DNA of 64,000 nt from Yuukianura sp. NJ FZ-2021. Lineage: Eukaryota. Each line of letters begins with the position of its first letter. Positions within the stretch are counted from its first letter, which is position 1. The stretch covers positions 8,122,001 to 8,186,000 of the forward strand of contig CM102289.1 of the NCBI GenBank assembly GCA_046563655.1, in the 5' to 3' direction. Shown in pieces: positions 9,096-21,135 of the stretch. The translations under genes were made by a program, and so were the position numbers. The notes beneath the pieces were generated by a model that was given only the letters and a program-made list of their open reading frames with translations, ran no database searches and had not been told where the DNA came from.

Positions 9096-9601
9096 ATGCG
9101 GTTGAAACTGGTGCTATGTTTAATACTTGGAACTTCTACTAGAACTTTGGAAGGTAAGATCAGTTGAAAAACTTTTTAAGTATAACTTATATTTTCGAAT
9201 AATATTATTTTATATAAACTAAATCATATGTGTTAAGCTTAGTGATACTTAAAATATTTGATTTGTTAGTGACTTCAGAGCCGATTTGCGAGTTTGGCCA
9301 AAGGGCATGTGGTGACCAATGTTACTCTCCTTTCATCCAGAAATGTCACCCGGATGGCGTTGTTTGTGACGTAAATCAAAAAGTTTGTGGAAAAACTTGC
9401 TACGGCGCATTCGAATCCAAGAAATGCCACCGTCCCAGTAATACTCTTTGTGATTTCATGCAAGATGTGAATTCAGAAGGTGTTTGCATAAACCAAAACC
9501 GATATGCACTTGGACTTGAGAAATGCCAAGCAGATTCGTGCAAAAAAGCCCTTTCAATGCTTGACCAAGCCTCACACGACAGTGATGAACGCCAATACTA
9601 A
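9096..9601 (+). CDS. Small secreted cysteine-rich protein (2 exons, ~130 aa) with two CG-x-x-CY-x6/7-C repeats
   Basis: Exon 1 (9096-9153) encodes the signal-like MRLKLVLCLILGTSTRTLE, then a phase-1 GTAAG..AG intron. Exon 2 has ACGDQCYSPFIQKC and VCGKTCYGAFESKKC. Confidence 0.75.
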
Positions 9602-10469
9602 ATAAAAATAAATTTTAAATTTTTTGGTTTGACCATTTTAAATTTTTCCTAGTTTTTTTTACATATGAAATTCTAAAGTAGTTTTAGAATTCATGCGTCT
9701 CAAAGTTTCGAGACGATGAAGACGAATATAAAAATTTTGGACTCGACTTTTCAGCAAATATAAAAACGAAGTGTGATAATTTTAACGATCCTGCTGTATC
9801 ATGGCCCATTAACATTAGGACACTAAAATTTTGGATAATCTAAATAAACTTTGGAGGTTAGACACTTCTTAGAGCTGTACATCCCCGAAGCACGAGGAAC
9901 ATTAAAAAAATTGTAATCCAAACCTCGTAATAAAACCAACCATCAATTAAACTCTTCTGTTTGAAGGCTTCCCATACAAAAGGCTTCCGTTGCATTCATA
10001 AAACTCCTTGTACTTTTCCTTATGTTTCTTCAAAAGTCTGATTCTTCAATTTGAAATTGTCAGTCAGACAGTCAAACCAGTGCGGTGTGGTGGTTGTGGG
10101 AGGACTAAAAAGTTTTTGTTTCAGCGTGGGCTGAAAGCGCTGCTGCTGCTTTAGGTTAAAAAGCGCCATCCGGGTAAAAATCGGATCTCATTGCGCAAAA
10201 GTCTATGTATAGCCAAAATCAGGACACTCTTAACACATAAAAAGTTTTAGGATCCGGCACGTGGTGTATAGAGTTTAGCTGTAGATCAGAATTTGGAATT
10301 TCCAACCGGTGAAGAGAAAGTTCCTAGAAAGGAATTACCGTCCAGCAGTTCCCGTCCTGCTGTGTTCAAGCAAACATATTTTCTGGAAGTGTTTTTCGAA
10401 AACTGAAAACCGAAAGCCATACGGTTCAAATTTTGAAATTTTGTGAAACAGGAAACGACCAATACCAAA

Positions 10470-13400
10470 ATGGATACGGACCCACTTTTGGAAGATCTTA
10501 TGTCACATCTAGGTAAACAATTTTGTTTCAAACTTCGTCCAAAAAGAATTCTTTTTGTGAAATACTACTATTTTAATGCTAGCTGTACTAGGATTTTTCC
10601 AGAGCAAAGATTTTGAATCTATTTTCTCAATTTGTAGTTTATGGAAACGAATTTCGGTTTCTTTCTCAGACTTTTTTTTTTGCAACTTTTTTGTGGTGTT
10701 AGCGTTTCCGTTATAAAACATTATTGCATCACTTCTTATCTGATGATTGCATCATATTGCGAAAGCTTCAAACAAAGACTTTGATATTGCTTGCTCTTCA
10801 TAAATGTAAATTGATAGGCAATTGTTTCACATTGCTCTTTGTATAAAAAGAAATTTGGAGGCGTTTGAATTCGTATAATTTTCTCTACGACTTGAAAATG
10901 ATGCTAGGAAATTTTGTTCAGCAGAGAAATTTTTAAACTGATGCCGCCGCTCCGGGCGGGCCAAGAGTTTTCGGAAATAAAAAGTGCAAAACTTTTAAAG
11001 TCAATGGCCTTTACTAGTTTAATTATTTTGTCTGATGTGCTAATTATGGACTGCGTTCGTGTTGAGAATTGCAAATAAAACCCCTGGTTGCTAAAATTCA
11101 GAAAGAATCTAATGGAGTCTTTCATTTAAAATTGAAATTTTTTAATTTTTGTAGGTGACTTTGGGAAGTACCAGTTCCGTCAGCACATCTTGCATATACT
11201 GAGCGCCTTCTTAGCAGGGATGCACATGCTCAGTTTAGTCACTGTTGCACCAACGCCCAAACATCGGTAGGCCAATAATTTCACACAATTTCGAAAATGC
11301 TGATGAAAATGTGCTGATGGAATGTGCTGATTCTAAAAATGTTCAATTTAGATGCTACATTAGTGCACTGGATGATGGAGTCAATGACAACAAGTACATA
11401 TTTTCTGGCCCAGAACTGGAACCCTACTTGATTAAAAACAAAAACGGAGAGTTCAACTACTGTCGTGTCAACTACACAGATGCTGGTGGACAATCAGTCA
11501 TTCCGGACTGTAACGGAAAATATGTCTACGACAAAACTTACTACGAGACTTCGCGTGTCATTGAGGTACGTAGTGCAACAATCACAGTCGAATTAACTAA
11601 AATACTACTCCACATTTATGTAATTGAGTTTTCCAAATAGTATCTGGCGTCACAAGTGTTCAAAATGAATCTGCCAAACTTTTATGCAATTTGAAACTGA
11701 AATATAACATAACTTGAAGTTATTTACTTACTTTTGATTGTTTAGTGGGACTTGGTTTGCTCTGACCGCTGGGAACGCGCCATAATTCAAACAATTTACA
11801 TGTTTGGCGTGCTAATTGGAGCCATCGTTCTGGGATCCTTAGCTGACAAGTAAGCCAGAAATATACCACACAAACTTAGGTTTTGCACCACTTGAAGTTC
11901 AAGGCTGAAATTTTTGAAAATGGCGCAATTTAATTTAAAATTTTCAGATATGGTCGCAAAACAATCTTCTACATATCAGGAATATTTCAACTACTTGCTG
12001 GCCTTGCTGTTGCCTTTGTGCCAAACTTTATTTTGTATTGCGGATTTCTCTTCTTTTACGGCATGTTTGGCTCCGGTGGAGCCTACGTTACTGGATTCGT
12101 TTTGAGTAAGTATTGAAATTATAAAAGTTTTAGTAAATTACATATTTTTTTAAAAATTTATTGCAATTTGCAAACATTTTTTTTTGAAGCAATGGAGTTG
12201 GTCGGTCCAAAACGCAGAACTATTTGCGGAACGGCGTTTAGTGCTGCATTTGCAGTTGGCGTTATGGTCGTGGCGTTCTGGGGTTATCTAATTCCAAATA
12301 TCAGAATTCTGCAGACAGTCTATGCTCTGCATAGTCTCATTCTCATTGGTCACTGGTGGTAAGGCCAAAGTTCAACTTCATTAATTTATTGCACTTTTGA
12401 ATTAGAACATCAACACTTAAGATTACAAGTTGTAATCTTACTAGTTACAAAAGTTCTAATAATTTCTTAATTTTTTGAATTGAATGTTAGGTTAGTGGAT
12501 GAGTCAATTCGATGGCTCTGGGGACAAGGTCGAATCAAGGAGGCAGTCAAAATTGTAGCAAATGGCGTCAGGGTCAATGGCACCAAAGAATTTGATAGCG
12601 CCAAATTTCAAAATCCAAATGCAGCTAATGGTTCTGCTGCACATGGCGGTAGCAAAGCTGACGTTGAAGTGAAACCTGAACGGTCATACGGAGCTGCTGA
12701 CCTGTTCAAAACCCCGACAATTCGGAAACGAGCTTTGAACGTAGCTTTCAATTGGTTTGCTAACAGTTTGGTATACTACGGTCTGTCACTAAATACTGGA
12801 AATCTGGAGGGAAATCCGTTCATGCTCTTGTTCTTGATTGGATTGGCTGAAATTCCTGGATACTTCCTGGTCATCTTCCTTGTGGACAGAACTGGACGAA
12901 GGTGTCTGCTCACGGCACTGCTCATGCTCGGTGGATTCGCTTGTATTACTTGTGCCTTTATTCCCCAAGGTAAGCGGGAAAAAAAACTTTTTAAAACAAG
13001 GTCGCTTCATAACAAAATTTGGAAAATTTTAAAACGTTTTTGATTTTGCGAAGGCCTGGAAGTGACGATTTTGGTGCTGATTGGTAAAATGGGAATTGCT
13101 GGCTCGTTTGCAATTATTTACAACTACACAGCCGAACTGTTCCCAACAGTCATTCGGAATTCGGCAGTTGGATTTGGCGCATGCTCAGCACGATTTAGTG
13201 GAATGCTGACACCACTCATTGGGCTTTTGGTAAGAACAAAATTGACACTGCGCATAACCAACCAATCAGAGCTTGTTTCGTAATGACGGGTTTTACTGTA
13301 TTTTTTATTCAACTTTAAATTGGCAGGATTCCATTGACAAGCAGTTGCCAACATTAGTTTTCGGCGGAGTCGCAATTGTAGCAGCACTTCTTGCGTTATT

Positions 13401-13593
13401 CCTTCCAGAGACATTGCATAAAGAAATGCCACAAACTATTCAAGATGGCGAGTACTTTGGCCGCGGAGACACTGGCTACAGGACAATTGTGGCTTGTGCC
13501 AAAGGGAGCAAGGAAGATGACCTTGAAGCACGTCCAGAAGAAACTACGGAGTGCCTTAATGTCAAAGGGTCCCCTGATTCAGCAGACGCTTAA
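10470..13593 (+). CDS. SLC22-family organic cation transporter (MFS), multi-exon
   Basis: LG|DFGKYQ N-terminus; WDLVC; LADK|YGRK; MELVGPKRR; ESIRWL; YYGLSLN; YTAELFPTVIRN; LPET. Confidence 0.93.
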
Positions 13594-14002
13594 AAAGCTA
13601 AATACGGCTTTAATTATTCATGTTAATTAAGTTAATTATTAATTTGCGAAAATGCAACGGCAAAGTTGAAACCCGGTGAAGTGATTGTAAATCCAGTCAT
13701 TCTACGCCAAAGAAAGTTGCCATAAACTAGGCATATTTGTAACTACATATATTACACTGTTCAAGTCTTCGATTAGAATTGGAAATTATTAAATTTATAT
13801 TATGTAATATGTTTAATGATTCTTTTTAAAAACTTTTCATGCGTCGCACGTTTCTACGTTTGCGATTTCCTGGAAGTCTGAGCGTTTCGTGGATTAGGAT
13901 AGCCATGTCCTTTGGCGTTTGGGTTGAATTGAGGCTCGCCAATCGATGTTGTGTTCGCAAAGTGCAGCCAACCTGCAGCTTCAATCCCTGGTTACTGAGT
14001 AC

Positions 14003-14083
14003 TGGCAACTCATGTTGTCACTTTAAGTTAGGTGTTGTTCAGCTCAGGTACGTGAACACTTAAAGTGGCTACATTAGTTGCCA
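14003..14083. repeat. Imperfect ~26-bp inverted repeat upstream of CDK11 (possible MITE remnant)
   Basis: tggcaactcatgttgtcactttaagt ... acttaaagtggctacattagttgcca. Confidence 0.55.
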
Positions 14084-14344
14084 CTGTAACCTAACCGCAG
14101 ACGGCAGCCAAAGTGGCTTCACCGTAGGATCACAATAACTGTCAGTAATCCTTACATCAACCATTTCTCCTTTGAGAACACATGTTTTGAATTTGATTTT
14201 TCGTTGTTTCTCTGTTGATCGTTGGTTTTCGTTCTTCAACGGTTATGTAACAAGGTATTTTTCGTAATAGCAGTTACAGCTTACCAGTTACGTGCAAACG
14301 ATTACTAAACCTTACGGATCGAAGAAGCATCACTTGCTATAAAA

Positions 14345-17300
14345 ATGAGGTAACCAAACATAAGCAAAATAATATAAAAACCGCTTTGATTTATAGGTTT
14401 GCCTACGTTTACTTATCATATCAAGTAATATGATTTTTGTATTTGCAGTGGATCGTCGGAGGAGGACATTGGCGACGATGGATTGCAAATCAAACCGCCT
14501 CAACACCACAGACACCGAAATCGCGACGACAGACAAAGACGATGGCCTGCAGACGATCAGCACAAGTCTCAGTCTCATAGAATGGAAGGAGATGCACGAG
14601 GAGGATTCGGTGATTTACGACGACGGGAGTACTATGATCGGGACAGAGGGTACCCTAGCAGGTAAGGTCTAGTGCAATCTAAGAACACGGGTTTACAATA
14701 TTCCATTTTGTGAAAACTTAACTCTTGCTTGCTTGAAACTAACCTTAAAAATTCATTATTGTTTGACAGGAACCAAAGGCAGCCTGATACTCTTGAAGGC
14801 AGCAGGGAAAGGAGACCTCCAGTTCAGGAAAGACATCGAAAAAGAAGACACGAAGAATTTGGTGAGGGAAGTCAGAGGCGTGGGAATCCTGGTGAATCCA
14901 GTGCTCACCGAACTCAGGCCACTGATATGACGAGACGTTCAGATTCGGACCAACTTCGAGGCGGACGTGGTAAGCGTTTCTTTTTGTTTAGTAATTATCT
15001 CTTATTATGGTTATTCATAGTAATCAATTACATTTATCGTAATTTCTATTTGTGTCACTTACAGACCCTGATCCAGATGATCGTCGTTCAAGACAACTTC
15101 ATAAGTCAGTGAAACAGAAGCGAAAACATCTAGAGCAAGAAGAGGAACGGGCTATGCGAGAAATTGAGAAACGGAACCGGAGAGAACAGAGGAATGAACG
15201 AGAAAAGGCTTCTGGAAGTGACAAGCGTCGGAGAAAGCACGATTCGAGTCCAAGTCACCAATCACCTTCAGTTTCACCTTCTCACAGAGACTCGGATCAC
15301 GAATTGGAAGATAACAACAAGGCAGTTGGTCATCCTTCGAAAGATTCTGAAGAGTTAGCTGATGCTTTCGTCGTGGAGGAAATCATACACAGTTCTCCTG
15401 AAATGGAAGATGAAGACTCGAATAAGCGATACGAAGAGCAACGTCCGTATCATTCTGACGTCTCGTCTGGTGATGAAGATCGACGATCTGGTGATGAGGA
15501 CGACCACAAGAATTCGAGTCCAAAATCGGCAAACGAGGGGAGTCACTCTTCCAAATCAAAGTCTGGTAAGATAATTTTCAAAAAAGAAATTTAAAAAAAA
15601 ACATTTGCAATTAGTTTGCCTGTTCCCATGAAGTACAATTTTTCTTCACTTTTCAGGATCCGGTTCAGATGATTCCAGTGATTCTTCAAAATCTTCAGAT
15701 GATGAATCTGATAATGACGGGGACGATGGTGACGAGAAGAAGAATGGAGTGAATCCGAGTTCCGCTTTAGCTAAAGAGGATGAGAAGACAGGAACAAAAG
15801 CATCAGCTGACATTGAAGTTCTGGATGTCGAAAAAAGTTCCTCAACTCCTCAAGTGGATGAGTCCTTGTAAGTCTCCAGAGTATTCAGTCACCTTACTTT
15901 TAAAATCAGTATTTCAATCGGTGATGCAAATACTAAAGGTATCTTTACTTTATCTCAGATTAACCGACGTGGATCGAGCCATAAGGGAAGTGAACTTGCT
16001 GCCGCCTTACTTCCCTGCCGTTCAAGGATGTCGTCGCGTTGAAGAGTTTTCGCTTCTGAACAGGTTGGTATTAACAGCTAATTACGGAATTATTAAACTT
16101 AAGCAGTGTTTAAGTACTAAGTAATTAAATGATTTGATTTGTATTCAGGATAGAAGAAGGTACTTACGGTGTCGTGTACCGAGCCAAGGATCGACGAACC
16201 AACGAAGTCGTTGCTCTCAAGCGACTCAAGATGGAGAAAGAGAAAGATGGATTTCCTATTACATCTCTTAGAGAAATCAATACACTGCTAAAAGTAAGTG
16301 CTATAAAATACTTCGTTCCTACTAAAGCTGCATTGTTCACTTACGAAGTCGATTACTTATGAGTTTGCCCTTGTTTAACTTCAGGCCCAGCATGAAAACA
16401 TTGTTACAGTTCGTGAAATCGTGGTCGGGAGTAACACGGACAAAATCTTTCTTGTGATGGATTATGTTGAGCACGATTTGAAAGCCCTCATGGAGACACT
16501 GAAACAGAAATCCCAGAAGTTTTTGGTCGAAGAAGTCAAGTGTCTTATGATTCAACTTCTGCGAGCAGTGGCTCATCTGCATGATAACTGGATTCTGCAT
16601 AGAGATCTCAAGACATCAAACCTCCTTCTGAGTCACAAAGTAAGTAATATACATATTAACTTTTAAAACTAAAATCCATTACTAATTGTGAATTGCATAA
16701 GGAATGTTAAATTATGGATTCTGTTTTGTAGGGGATTCTGAAGGTTGGAGACTTTGGCCTAGCAAGAGAGTACGGTTCACCACTAAAAGCTTACACACCG
16801 ATTGTAGTGACTTTATGGTATCGAGCTCCAGAACTGCTGCTTGGGATGAAGGTTCGAAGTCAATAGTATTGGTATCTTCCTTTACTGCAAATGTAAATGA
16901 TTAATTTGGATTCAGTAATTGAATTTGTGTTTCGTTTGTCAGGAGTATTCAATACCAATTGATGTCTGGAGCGTTGGGTGTATTTTCGGCGAGCTTGTTA
17001 AAATGGAACCAACGTTTCCCGGGAAGAGTGAAGCCAATCAGCTGAATTTGATTTTTCAAGTAAGCAAGTCAGCACTTCGCGTTATACCAAGTTCCCTGAT
17101 TTATAAATATTTCAATCAAGGCTAAACGCTTCTTTACTCTGTCTAAAAGTCAATGTGTTGTTTTATATAGACACTGGGGACACCGAATGATCGCATTTGG
17201 CCAGGCTACTCCCAGTTGCCATTATTGCAAAAGATGACTTTTGTTGAGCAACCGATGAATAAGCTGAAGACTCGGTTTGGAATTATTGGAGATAAGGGGA

Positions 17301-17786
17301 TCGATTTGATGAACAAGTAAGTTTTAAAGACTCAGTCTGAATATAGATACTTGTACTTTCTATATTAATGCTAACTTTCGTGGCAGTATCAGCTGTAATT
17401 TTATGTTTATGTTTTGGTAGGTTACTGACGTATAATCCTGCCAAGAGAATATCAGCTGAAGATGCTCTGAACCATTCCTTTTTCAAGGAGTCTCCGCTAC
17501 CAATTGATCCTTCCGTATTTCCAACATGGCCAGCTAAATCTGAACTTGGCCATCGTAAGGCCCCTTCGTCACCCAAACCTCCGTCGGGAGGAAGACAGTT
17601 CAAGGATTTGGTATGAATCCAAGCATTTGCTTAGTTATACTCATCCAGTGTGTCGTTTGTTAGTTAATCCAACCTACTTTTCTTTAGAGGGACGACGACG
17701 ATTCTTCTGCTGGCTTTTTCTTGGGCACATCCGCTGGAGACAGACGAGGGTTGCCAATGGGGGCTGGATTTAGTTTAAAATTCTAA
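14345..17786 (+). CDS. CDK11: Cyclin-dependent kinase 11 (PITSLRE), multi-exon
   Basis: ATGAG|gt micro first coding exon; LQIKPPQ; R/E/S-rich N-terminus; [52 protein letters not shown]; ends GFSLKF*. Confidence 0.95.
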
Positions 17787-18106
17787 GAACCGCAAGTAAG
17801 ACTTAACGATTGTACTAATGTATTAAATTAACGTATGAATTAGGTTAATATAATAAGATTAATATACATACAGATTTTAACTATAAATCGTTTTCCAGAT
17901 ATAAAAATAACGAACTTTCGTCAATTTGGTTCCAGTAAACCAAGAATTACATTTAATTAGCTACTGTTTGGAATTTTAGGACGCGAAGCTTGTATGTTCA
18001 GAAAATTTTTCTCGAATTTTAGCAAAATGGAGCTTAATGTGTTCAGAAATTTTTGTCGAATTTTAGGAAATGGATCTTGTGTTGTGTCCAAAAAATGTTG
18101 GTGAGT

Positions 18107-18740
18107 TCAAGGTGTAGAGGTTGGGACGTCATGCATCATGCATTTGTTCATGTACTGCTTGATTCCCCAAGTGGCCAATCCAGTTGTTCGTCCAGTGCTG
18201 TGGAAAGTGAATCCAGGAACATGTCCAGAGTAAGAGCACGGAAGGTGCTCACAGCAACGGTAGACCTCAGTGTCTGGCTCTCCTCGGCTGGAAATTAAAA
18301 GTTTTGAGTCAAATTAGTTAATCAATGAATCTTAATTAACTTAATCTTGTGTAGTTTTACCAGGGGCAGCAGTAAGGACCACGATTGAGATGATGTGCTC
18401 TGGGATCACAACATGGAAGACACGGTGGCAGCGGAATGGGGCAAGTCTTCTTCTCTGCTGGCTTTGACTGGATAGGTGGACATGGACAGGCTGGAGCACG
18501 CAGGACAGGTTTTGGAGCCAAAGCGACACACGGATCCTCCAAAACGTCGTGGCTGATGCGCCCAAAACTTCCTCCAATGCGGTGTCTCATGGTTGGAACA
18601 TGTCCGCCGTACCTAAAAACGAAAGTAAATTGGGTTAATTACTCAATTACTAATTGAATAACCTCAACCATCACTTACCCAGGCAAGTGGTAGGGCTCGG
18701 TGATGTAACCAGGAGGAGCAATTGGTGGACAGCAGTACAT
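18107..18740 (-). CDS. FAM166/CIMIP2-like ciliary microtubule inner protein, Cys/Pro-rich (3 exons)
   Basis: MYCCPP...HLPG|YGGHVPTMRHRIGGSFG and a second repeat YSGHVPGFTFHSTGRTTG resemble PGYxGxVP...GxxxG repeats; X-box upstream. Confidence 0.7.
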
Positions 18741-18904
18741 CTTTGGAATTTGAGGAGAATTTAAACAATTTTGTCAAAAAATGGCGGAGCAGAGTGCATA
18801 CACGTCCGAGCTGTTCGAGTGCTAAACGAAGACTGAAGAAGTCAAACGAGAGGAAACGCAGGCGAGTTACAGCTAAAACAAACACTAAAAGTCACATGGG
18901 TTTG

Positions 18905-18918
18905 GTTGCCATGACAAC
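18905..18918. promoter_or_regulatory. RFX X-box GTTGCCATGACAAC upstream of the FAM166-like gene
   Basis: Near-canonical X-box ~165 nt upstream of the ATG; forkhead-like AAACAAACA at ~18876-18884. Confidence 0.75.
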
Positions 18919-18960
18919 ACAGATTCGTCCTAACTTTAAATGAAAAATGAAAATGGTGTT

Positions 18961-20121
18961 TTAATCATTGTACCAATCCAAAAACAGAAGTGACAGTGAC
19001 ATTACAATTATGAAAAATAGAACCCATGCCCTGAAATCAGCGCTATTTTGTATAGCTTGTCGTAACTGTTCGTTTCCACCTTTGATGTTCTCCGTAGTTC
19101 CAACCACAACGTTAGCAATTTGACTAATTTCCTTATCCTGTAACAGAACTTTTTCTGTAAAGATTTCTTGCAGTTGAGCAATTTGTACTACGCTGGATTC
19201 AATTTGCTCTACTTCATCTGATGTCGTGCGTAACGATTGGAGTAGAAGTGAATTCTCTTCTTCGAAGATTTGGAGTTCTTCGGCAGTATATTCGTATTCG
19301 CCGTACATTGACCCCAGATGATCAGCGTCTTCTGGAAACAACGGGCTGGGTGTTGGGGTTACAGCTTGATCGACTTGGTCCGCACTGTTATTGGGATCAG
19401 CATCGCCGTACAGCTTCTTCGGTTTCGGCATTGGTTTTGCTTTCGACTCGGGTGTAGTATTGGAATGGTGTGGAGTGAGATTGAGCTTTGCAATTTTTTG
19501 AAGATCCACAGATCGCTTGACTCGGATTGCCTTCATCTCAGTATAGACACCGCACACTTCCTTCAAGTATTCCGATATGGAGTTTATCACATTTCCCAAA
19601 TGAATGTATAGTTGCGGATGGTCGTCTTCAAGTCCCTTTGAATCAATTAGTTTCTGGAATTCAAATATTCGCTTCTGACTGTTCTGAATAATTTTTTGAA
19701 CGCTCATGTCAATTTGGTCTTTTTCTGATTCTGTCATCATGTCCGGTGGTGTTAGAGTACGACGTAACCGGGACCAAGAGCTTGACCTTGACAATGGATT
19801 CGGATGACCTTCGGCAGAGGGACTCAGGACTTCAGACTTCAAATTCATGCTTCCTTGGTCAACGTTCAGATAAGCCGCTCTCGTTTCGACGAGAAATTCA
19901 CGAAGGCTGCTGATGTTGCCAATCAACTCTCGGGCTTTTCCGTAGTACTCTGTCTTCTTCCCAGGAAAAAGCTTCGATTTGGCTTTGACGACTCCATTAC
20001 TACTGTGCTGAGCTGCAGAAGGATTTGATTCCGGTCCTGGACTAGTGACGACAGTTCCAAGCGCTTTGCTTCTGTTCTTTACCACGTCCAGCTTTGCCTT
20101 AAAAATCATTGTGATATCCAT
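18961..20121 (-). CDS. STX18: Syntaxin-18 (single coding exon, 386 aa)
   Basis: MDITMIFK start; LREFLVETRAAYL; SNARE helix EVEQIESSVVQIAQLQEIF; C-terminal TM ending FLDWYND. Confidence 0.93.
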   Translation of the reverse strand: MDITMIFKAKLDVVKNRSKALGTVVTSPGPESNPSAAQHSSNGVVKAKSKLFPGKKTEYYGKARELIGNISSLREFLVETRAAYLNVDQGSMNLKSEVLSPSAEGHPNPLSRSSSWSRLRRTLTPPDMMTESEKDQIDMSVQKIIQNSQKRIFEFQKLIDSKGLEDDHPQLYIHLGNVINSISEYLKEVCGVYTEMKAIRVKRSVDLQKIAKLNLTPHHSNTTPESKAKPMPKPKKLYGDADPNNSADQVDQAVTPTPSPLFPEDADHLGSMYGEYEYTAEELQIFEEENSLLLQSLRTTSDEVEQIESSVVQIAQLQEIFTEKVLLQDKEISQIANVVVGTTENIKGGNEQLRQAIQNSADFRAWVLFFIIVMSLSLLFLDWYND

Positions 20122-21135
20122 AGTAATTGTCCACCGCTACGAAGCAGCTTGCAGGTAACGCGGTCTGAAAGTTAAAGAAAAGTTTTATACGTACCTTTCA
20201 TGAAAGAATGGCATACGTTTACAAAAATATCGATGATACAAAAACAATCCTTGAGATGTTTCAATAGATTACCGTTTAAACGATTGTCTGTATGATCCAA
20301 CTAATTAAATTATCTCTTCAATAATTGGTCCGGGTTCAGCATTCGAAATATCCACTGGTTACTGGTTAGTGCTGCTACTGACTCTTCATCGGTTGGTGTT
20401 GGTATGTTTCGTAAAAATGAAAAAAAAAATTAAATCAATCAGCTGTGATTCTTTGGGTTCTTCGTGTTTGTGGAGTAACTTTTTGTAAGACCACTGATGA
20501 CATATTTTTAGATTTGAATTGAGTTTGGCGCCATTTATTTTGTTGCAAAATAATCAAATGCGAATTGCAAAAGCAAAATTGAGTTTTCTAATTAACTTTT
20601 CTGTTTACTCGTATTCTATAATTTCTATCTGTTAATCTATTATATTCTATTAATATACTATTTTTCCATTTCTTATATCATCATGAAAAAATAAATGTAG
20701 CCACTTGATCATAATGAAAATTATAATTGAGCTTTTCTAAACCCTATCGACAGGATTGGTCTGTCCTTCCTGATCTCCATTTCCTGGCGAAGTTGATTAG
20801 CATTTGCAATTGCACAGCAACGAAGTTTTTGGATCAATCGCAATTTGCTTTTTCACATAGTTTTGAACTTTGGAAAGCACATGTTTTCAATTTTGATAAA
20901 TCGTTAATTTTACAGTAACTACTAGTTTGCTTGCGGTGCATTGTCATAATAAGGGGAATTCATCTGGTTTGGTAAGAAAGAGGAACTGTTAAGTTTGTAT
21001 ATTACTTTGATCAAATAACTGAAAATTCCTTAACTATAACATTACTTATTTTCTAGATCGAGGGAGGAGAACGCATCACCGTTTACTACATACATAGTGA
21101 AAAGCGAACATTGTTTCAGATCAAGTCGACGAATC

